Below, one piece after another: positions 56,309-64,000 of a stretch of DNA of 64,000 nt (within the stretch, counting starts at the first letter, position 1; every line of letters begins with the position of its first letter). The stretch lies in assembly GCF_963676685.1 (NCBI RefSeq), contig NC_092344.1:110422001-110486000 (forward strand), in the 5' to 3' direction. This stretch comes from Mytilus edulis (taxonomy: Eukaryota). Below the pieces are notes generated by a model. It had not been told where the DNA came from, made no database searches, and worked only from the letters and a program-made list of their open reading frames with translations. A program made the position numbers and the translations under genes.

Positions 56309-59300
56309 AAAAACAAAAACGATGTTATTTGGGGCTTTGTTTGCGGGGACAACAACATATTTATCATGGAGGTCGGATAAGTGTTTAGCAACATTTGGGT
56401 CTTTAAAGATTGACGTAGCATGGGCATTGATGGACCCATTCAGTTTCTTAATTCTGATTTGTATTAACGACCTCACTGCCTTAATCAATTCGGATAGAGT
56501 GTCTACGTCTTCCTTTTCACGTTTAGCCCATTGCCTGGCATAATCCTCGACTGAGTCCATCAAAATTTTAAAGTTGTATTGCCAATTGATGGATTTAGGC
56601 TCACGATATTTCGGACCTTTCGATAACACATTTCGTAGAGAAGTGTTATTAACAATGTTAAGGTCACCGGTAATAACGTGGCCAGCAGGATTATATGTGA
56701 ATTGGGAACTAGCCCAAGTGCAATCAGGAGGTTTAGACTTGAAGTCGTCAATATCGAGATTCTGCAAAACGCGTTTGTAATTGAAAATTTTAGTTGCAAT
56801 AGGTTTGGTATAGGTATAAGAAATTATTGGTACAGACTGGTCTTTGAAATAAGGAGGTATTTTCGATTGAACTAATTTATGATGAAGGATATTGCCTAGG
56901 TTGACGCCATCGAGACCTTTGTTGGCAAAGGAAAGATTTAGAAAAGATCTTTTCTCTTTTTCATCTTTTCCAATGCGAACTGGCTTGAAAAGTCTGTGAC
57001 TTGCAATATCCGAAATTATAGCTTGAAGTTTGTATTGGTTTGAATGAGGGTTTGTAACAGTGGATTTCAAACATAAATTGAACAGAGAATGAAGTTTTGA
57101 AAGGGGTAATGAATAAAGTTTCGTGCGAATGTGATGAATACCTAACGGCTTTTGTATGAATGACAGCAAGTCATTAATAGAGACATCATGCAGAGAAGGT
57201 GATGTATTATGACGATGACCATGACTGCGTCTACGTCGAGGAGTCGAGTTGAAAATATTCATCACATTCACCGAGTTACACGAAGGACTAGATAGAATAC
57301 CTATACCATCAATTTTGTCATTGCAGCCATACGGTGTTGCAGTTCCCAATTGTCTAATCCAGTAGTCTTTTTTTGGTCTACGGAGAGTCGTTGAAAGATT
57401 AGGATTGTTAGAGCTATGGTATATCTTTTCGATAATGCGAACTGTCATAGAAACGATGGAATGATCGGGCTGATTGAAATGCTGGTATAGAATGTCGTTA
57501 GCATTGAGGTTAATGTCTGATCTATGACCGCACATACGTTTGTTTAGCCTTCCTTTCGTTTCACCGACGTATACCAATCTGCAAAGGTTGCACTCTAATC
57601 CGTAGACGACATTTACCGATTTACAATTCAGATCATCGTAACTTCTGGTAAAATATGACTTCTTGGTCAAATTGCTAGTGAATTCAGCATCTGTAATTAA
57701 AATAGCACAAGTTTTGCAGCCTTTGGTCTCACATTTTGAAATGCGACAGTGTTGTACTGTGTCATCACCAAAAACCAAAATGTCTTTAAGGAGAACTGAA
57801 CATGGCTGTATATGTGTAATATTGCTATTGTCACTAGGACGATGATCTGAATGAGTCGTGTTTGAGATATTTGTCATGTCTGGTGATGAGGGGACACCTG
57901 CCATATCAGACGACACCGTGTTTATGGTGACGTCTGTTTCGGACCTTTTTATACTGGGCGACGTCCGAGCCAGTTTCCTGTTTGATCTTCGTAAGTTCAT
58001 GCAATTGTAGTTTTGCTACTGGGCGGATGATGTCCTCGGGGACAAAATGTCCACCAGCAGAGACATCGACCCAGTGGTAATAAAAGAGGGACGAAAGATA
58101 CCAAAGGGACAGTCAAGCTCATAAATCTAAAACAAACTGACAACGCCACGGCCAAAAATGAAAAAGACAAACAGAAAAACAATAGAACAAATGACACAAC
58201 ATAGAAAACTAAAGAATAAACAACACGAACCCCACCAAAAACTAGGGGTGATTTCAGGTGCTCCGGAACGGTAAGCAGATCCTGCTCCACATGTGGCACC
58301 CGTCGTGTTGCTTATGTGATTACAAATCCAGTAAATAGTCTAATTCGGTAGGTCACATTCATGAAAGGGAAGGGAATTGTAGTTACGACGTAAGGAAAAT
58401 ATCCGATATCATTTGTGAAACGGTTATTCCATAACGGTCAACCAACTCGTGATGGCGTCCGTAAAATTTACGAAGGGATGATTTCAACTTCACCATTTGG
58501 AACTCTTGGTTTAATAGCTTCCTTGTGAGCAGTAACCCTCTATCAAGAAAATGCAAGCACGGGAATATCGTATCAATTGGGAGATATATACCCCGTATGC
58601 AGGTGCTGCTGGAATGTTGCTACTTAGAAATGGAAAATTCACAATTGGAAAGTTGAAATCATCTCTTTTGTCGTAAAGTTTTGTTTTCAACCGACCCTCA
58701 TTGTCAATTTCTAGATGTAAGTCAAGATATAAAGCCGACTTAACTGTATCTGTAGTATCCTTTATCTCCAATTCGATGGGATAGATGCGTTCCACATAGT
58801 CACCAAATTTTGAATTGTTTAGTGAAAAAACGTCATCTATATAGCGGAAAGTAGAGTTAAAGAATATTGCTAACTTCTTATTTTTCTTCCTAAGAAGTTT
58901 CTGCATGAAGTCAGCCTCATAATATACACGAATATAATTGAAAAAACAATAAAAAAAAAGACTGAATGGTAGTGGTTGTGTCCACTACGAAACGTTTTTC
59001 TCCCATACTTGTTTCTTAGGTGGCCGTTTCGTAGGGGACATATTCACATGTTTTGTTTTTCCCAACAATCCCTATATTGCAATAGTAAAAAGACTGATTG
59101 TATTCTTAAAGCATGTATTAAGCTGTACACTGATATGTTTTTCATAATTTTAAAACCAGTTGACCCGTTTCGTAGTGGAGTTTAACAAAAATACGGTATC
59201 ACTCTGGTCCATTTGATGTGCTCAATTTTTCTTACCAACAATTTAATTGCCGTCATAAAAGCATCACTTCTTTTGTAAGACCCTAATGTTTGTATCTCTT

Positions 59301-60016
59301 GCAAACAAAAATTACATTGATTTTTATTAAAATGTTTATTAGCAAATTTTAATGACTTCGTTTCGTAGTGGACATTTTGTCAGGGACACACCTTCCGAAA
59401 TTAAAAATCCTATGTTAAAAGCTGTTTATTAAAATATGTTGACTCTAAAAATACTTTTGAATTATTAAAGAACTTATATGGTAAAAATAACATTTATTTC
59501 TACATTTTTTTTACAATATTTTAGAGTATGAATGTTTAACAGGCGGTCTAGGGACATGCCATTTTGGTTGTTTTGGACCATTCAGGAATCAATATCTTAT
59601 CAATCCCTCTAAAAAGTAAACTGTTTCTTTGCTTAAAAATGTTAAATCTAATTCAATGTACTGACTGCACAAAAAATACTTGCAAAGAGCAAACACATTT
59701 TTTTAAAAGTGGCTGGGACAAGAAAGTACGTTTTTATTGAAAAACGCCCTTATATCAGTCATCGTCCTTTACATTTCTAAGTAATGATTTATTCCCAAAC
59801 ATCCAATAACGTATGTGTTGCCTTCTTAACCCCGGTTTTACATGCTTTTTCTATTTTAGTTTTAGTTTCTATGTATCTCTTTTACATTCTTTATTCCAAC
59901 TCATATGCTGAATGTCAAAGCAAGCATTTGCATTTTAATGTGATCTTTTTGATTTAACGAATCTTTATTCATGTCAATGTTTCCTGTTCTTTAGTGGAAA
60001 TTTTTGTCTCTTTGAC

Positions 60017-60046
60017 CAAGGAGGTTATATTAATATAACCTCCTTG
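60017..60046. mobile_element. 30-bp perfect palindrome flanked by a 7-bp TSD (TIR-only mini-transposon)
   Basis: CTTTGAC|CAAGGAGGTTATATTAATATAACCTCCTTG|CTTTGAC. Confidence 0.8.
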
Positions 60047-61199
60047 CTTTGACATATTACTCATTTCCTTTTCACATTTGACCGTAAAGTTTCGACCTTT
60101 GAGTTTGAATGTCCTTTTGGTATCTTTCGCTTCTCTTCTATTGACTCAACATATGAGCAAAACTTAATGTTTTTGAAAAAAATAATGTTAATGTATTTCA
60201 TTGTGAGAGAGGGATTCATTTAGGAGGATATGTACATGTTTATTTTGTTTGAATATATTCGTTTTGTTTTGTTTTTATGTTGCACTATTTAACGGTATAG
60301 GTAATAAATTTCCTTTTTCTAAATAGCCAATAATCAGAAAAATTAGGCAAGTTATGGGATCAATCATCATGAGATTGTCATCTTCATTTCCTAGAGTAGC
60401 TATGACCAAAACTTTATGGACAGAGATCATTTCTTTACCACATATGCATTTAAAACCCTTCAAGTCCTACGGAAAAAGATGGGAATGTCAGTTTGTTAAC
60501 ACAAGTCTAATTACATGCGAAATATGTGTGATCCAAATAATAAAAATCGACAAAATCAAAACAATGTATAGCGTCTAAATGCAAACTATGTACTTATAGT
60601 ATAATTTGTTAAAAGATTATTTCAATGAATTTCAATAAACTAAGTTTAACAAGTAGTATTTTTAGAATTTACGATTGTTGATTCGAAATAACTTTGACTG
60701 GGGTAAAAAAATTTGAATTTCTATTGTTCTCGCATCATCAGTTTACAAACTGCTTCGACTAAATTTCAGGTCATAAATAAGGCAACAGTAGTATACCGGT
60801 GTGCAAAAGTCATAAATCGATTGAGAGAAAACAAATCCGTCCGAGGGAAACACGTCAATTATGAGAAAATAACAAAGGAACTACAGGATATATGATCTAT
60901 ATGATATATATGTTGATGTAAATATTACACTTAACTTACGTTTATAGTTGCTATCATATAAAGTTTAATTCTACAATATACATTTGTTTCGTTCTTATAG
61001 AAAATAACAAAAATCAAACATTAAGTAAGCTAAGACTAAAATGTATAACTATTTATTAACAAAAATTCAAATTGCCAGCAAGACGGACGAAAAAAATTAA
61101 TAGTAATAATATAAATAATAATAAAAGCTATAAACATAACAATAAACGACAAATACATATGCAAACCTTCTACATAAAATAAAATGCAATTCATATAGC

Positions 61200-61478
61200 C
61201 TAAGTAAGTCTCAGTCGTTGAATATAAAGTGGTGCACCACATTTTTTGCCATCAGGTGTTGGTGATGTCGAAGACATGTTTGCTGAAGTTGCAACAAGGA
61301 GGTTTTTAATCGTTTCTTGAATTAAAACTGTCTGTTCAGTCAAACTTAAGATATTCTCGTCTTGTTTTCTCAATATGTCTTCAAGTAGGCCTCTAACTTG
61401 GTGTATTCCCATCTCGATATCAACTAACTTTGTTTCCTTTGTGATACTCATTGTATGCCTTTTATGTATACACAATAA
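61200..61478 (-). CDS. Possible exon of an unknown coiled-coil protein
   Basis: Good acceptor ttttatttcag at 61479-61480 and an open frame with heptad-like IHQVRGLLEDILRKQDENILSLTEQTVLIQETIKNLL. No clear GT donor and no recognised family. Confidence 0.3.
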   Translation of the reverse strand, partial: LLCIHKRHTMSITKETKLVDIEMGIHQVRGLLEDILRKQDENILSLTEQTVLIQETIKNLLVATSANMSSTSPTPDGKKCGAPLYIQRLRLT

Positions 61479-62303
61479 CTGAAATAAAACCAAACAAATC
61501 TATTTAGGTGTTTAAGAATCACGAACGTATATTTGAATTTAAAAATATTAAAATTTATATTGTACATATGTCATGCAATTCATATTATATTTACACATTC
61601 TTTACAATAAGACTGCTTCAGATAATGCTAAAATACATAAATTATTCTGGTAAAATATTGATACATACCATAGAATAGTGTTTTATCTTGATCAAATTCA
61701 ATCCATTCCCAATATCATTTATTTTGTTAATTTAAAATAGAATTTAAAACTATTAAAGGATATTGTCTTTTCTTAAGCAGCGTTCCGCAACATTATTTTC
61801 AATCCCAATGTATAATCTACAGTTCAAAATGATTTACTTATATTCAATTAGTTTTCAAAATTACTCTTCCGGCTAGCTGGATTTTTTTTTATTGTTCTTG
61901 CAAAATGAACCTCTTGTAAATAAACAATTATTTCTTTGGACATTGTTTAGAATATTCGCCTTATTTGCAAATCCAATACAAAAATATATTCATGTATTTC
62001 CAGTGATCATTATTATTTTCCAACAAGTTTTGAATACATTGTAATTGATACATTATTATGTTTCGGTTGTATCAAAAGTTAATATAAAAAATGACAGAAT
62101 TTATTCTCAGATCATAAAAAAAAATATGTAAAATTCTTAAAAAATATTTAATTTTGTCCTTTTCTTTTGTTAACCTTTTGAAGATTTGTGCTTATTGACT
62201 GTTCAGTATATCAGAAAAAATACTTTAAGTCAAGAAAAGAAAAATAGTTCTTAATCGTTAAATGTATTAAGCTTATATTTAATATATTTTACTAAGGACA
62301 CCA

Positions 62304-63109
62304 GGGCCCATGCAGTTTCACGAAGCTGTCTTAGGACTAAGACATGTCTTAGGATGGTCTTACGACATATCTTAGTCCTAAGTGGGTTTCACAAAGCGGT
62401 CCTAAATTAGGACATCTCTTAAAGTTGGTCATAAAGTTAGGACAACGCGAGAGGTGTCTTATGATGGTCTTAGGATAGTTATACGTTTATTTATATAAAT
62501 TACACTCAATTTTTATATTAATTTTGAAAAAGAAATATCTTATTATTATCTAATTATCTATTCTCCTGTTCCTGCTTTAAACATATATACATTGACGGAT
62601 TATCAGGATTTGTCAGCAATGAAAATTCGATGTATTGATATAAAAATTGCACGATTTTATCTCTTAACCTTTTATAACCAATAAAGTCGAAATTGAATTC
62701 AACTCACTTGTACCAAAACAATGTCATAATTTTATATTCTTTTTTTCTTAATTTTGCATTGAAAATTTCATATTTATATTGATGTATTGTTTAAAGATAA
62801 TTTATATATAAATTACTTTTAATTTTTTTATATTTATTTTGCAAATTATGTCATTATATTAATCAATCATACGTTTAGAATAATTTATGGTAAGACATAC
62901 TACATTTACATGATTTTTTACGTAGATCATATTTATATTTGAAATTTAAAGAACTTGCGACAGGTTTAGGATGTCTTAGCTAAGATGATCCTAAGACATC
63001 TTCGAGACGAGGTCTGAGATATGTCCTAGGATAGTCATAAGAGGATCATAAGACATGTCCTAAGATATGTCTTATGACATGTCTTAGGATAGCTTCGTGA
63101 AACCGGCCC
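62304..63109. mobile_element. Harbinger-type MITE with subterminal 12-bp repeats
   Basis: GGGCC..GTTTCACGAAGCTGTCTTAG / CTTAGGATAGCTTCGTGAAACCGGCCC|cag. Arrays of TAAGACATGTCT-like units occur at both ends. Confidence 0.78.
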
Positions 63110-63439
63110 CAGGTTTCCTTTTATCTTATCTATTCTATTCACGAATTGTAAAGTGAAAAGTGAAATCACAAAAATACTGAACTCCGAAGAAAATTCAGGG
63201 ATTGCATTTCCTTTCACGATTACCTTGGTAGAGGGTTGCTTCATACAAGAAAGCTATTAAATTAAGAGTACCACGGTTTATGTGGGGCTGTTTGTCATTT
63301 AGTATTTTTCGGTTTTTTTCTTTGGCGTTGCTAGTTGATTTTAGCCTTATGAGTTGAATGTCCCTTTGGTATCTTTCGATTCTTTTCTAATTTTTTATTA
63401 TTCAACCTACCCAATAATCCATTGAATTGATTTGGTTGT

Positions 63440-63750
63440 TTAAGAGTTCATCAGATACCAGGCATATCATTCAATACGTAATATGAGCGTGAGTCTATGT
63501 TAGTGGCGCTAAACTCAAAATAACTGGAAATCCAAATCAATTATGTAGATGAAAAGGTTTTTAAGATAAAAAAAAAGTATGTTTTATGAACAGTAAATTT
63601 ATAGAAAATTACCGTACCAATAATATTCATGCAATTACAGAAGTACTGCCTGAACGATAATACCCCAATACATCAGGCTAATATTTTAACATGTTTAATT
63701 CGCAAGACGCATGTTCTGTTCACATAAAACTCATAAATGGGACTAGAATC
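63440..63750 (-). repeat. Highly degenerate retrozyme/Penelope-derived repeat
   Basis: Remnants such as TCATCAGATACCAGG and CGCAAGACGCATGTT...AACTCAT resemble the reverse complement of a hammerhead-bearing unit. Naiad 3'-end fragments lie at ~60100 and ~63350. Confidence 0.35.
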
Positions 63751-64000
63751 AGAACGGGAAGGTCATTCAATAACGAAGTCGGATCTGCTTACTCTCCAGG
63801 GTCACCATACGAATACTTTATTAAACCAATCATCGACCCATAATGATAATTATAATATGAAACTGTTTTGTTATCGCAAAATATTAATATATCATTATAC
63901 CAAATCAAAGCCTTGATAAAGCATTCTATAAAAGATAATCTTTCAAAAATTGCATTTACCTTTTAACTAAAAAATCTTACATCTCATTAATATAATATTT

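Larger units (their letters stand above)
54874..58000 (-). pseudogene. Disrupted Naiad-type ORF: CxxxxCxxC, GIY-YIG (VVYGLECNLCRLVYVGET), linker and RT (LYWIPKLHK, FDFSTLYT, YIDD)
   Basis: ORF pieces 56311-58000, 55440-56007 and 54874-55440 join into one protein. It is interrupted by a ~300-bp insertion and an internal deletion removing the GIPMG-type RT motif. The linker CxC reads CTW. Confidence 0.88.
54569..58924 (-). mobile_element. Penelope-like retroelement with N-terminal GIY-YIG endonuclease (Naiad-type), preceded by a partial tandem copy (pseudo-LTR 58078-58924, matching 54569-55428)
   Basis: Domain order is GIY-YIG, linker, RT. There is an ~850-bp direct repeat of the 3' end, and TAATA at both outer junctions. 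Confidence 0.9.
54110..59749. mobile_element. Sola-like non-autonomous DNA transposon (host of the Penelope-like insertion)
   Basis: TIRs GGGAGTTTTTCAATAAAA / TTTTATTGAAAAACGCCC with 4-bp TSD TTAT (54106-54109, 59750-59753). Internal TTTCGTAG(T/G)GGAC motifs occur on both sides of the insertion. Confidence 0.72.

Noticed and set aside
54874-58000. Selenoprotein-type Naiad
   Set aside because: No in-frame TGA codons in the ORF pieces. The ATGA..AA..GA pattern at 58030-58070 is on the wrong strand and position and does not fold as a SECIS.
54563-58299. ORFs MPHVEQDLLT.. at 54563-54790 and 57997-58299
   Set aside because: Incidental frames in the duplicated 3' UTR of the Penelope-like element.

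Overview
AT-rich metazoan DNA with spliceosomal introns. The repeat families resemble those of bivalves, most likely Mytilus (inference). The first ~16 kb holds the 3' part of an ELAV/Hu-family RNA-binding protein gene on the + strand; RRM1 lies upstream of the window. The exon encoding the RRM1 end, linker and first half of RRM2 is tandemly duplicated as two 154-nt, same-phase exons (4242-4395 and 4537-4690) that must be mutually exclusive. Constitutive exons follow at 7361-7595 and 10255-10603, then a probably very long U/AU-rich 3' UTR. The rest of the window is transposon-dominated. It contains a 5'-truncated non-LTR retrotransposon with an intact 1163-aa EN-RT ORF2 in frame with ORF1 across a single UAG. 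It also contains a Naiad-type Penelope-like element (N-terminal GIY-YIG, pseudo-LTR) nested in a Sola-like DNA element and itself interrupted by a hammerhead-bearing non-autonomous element. Other repeats include Helentron-type HINEs with satellite cores, hAT-like elements with 5-bp TSDs, Harbinger- and Tc1-type MITEs, a 30-bp TIR-only mini-element, and a 43-bp minisatellite beside its 89-bp dimeric derivative. No tRNA, rRNA or CRISPR array was seen.
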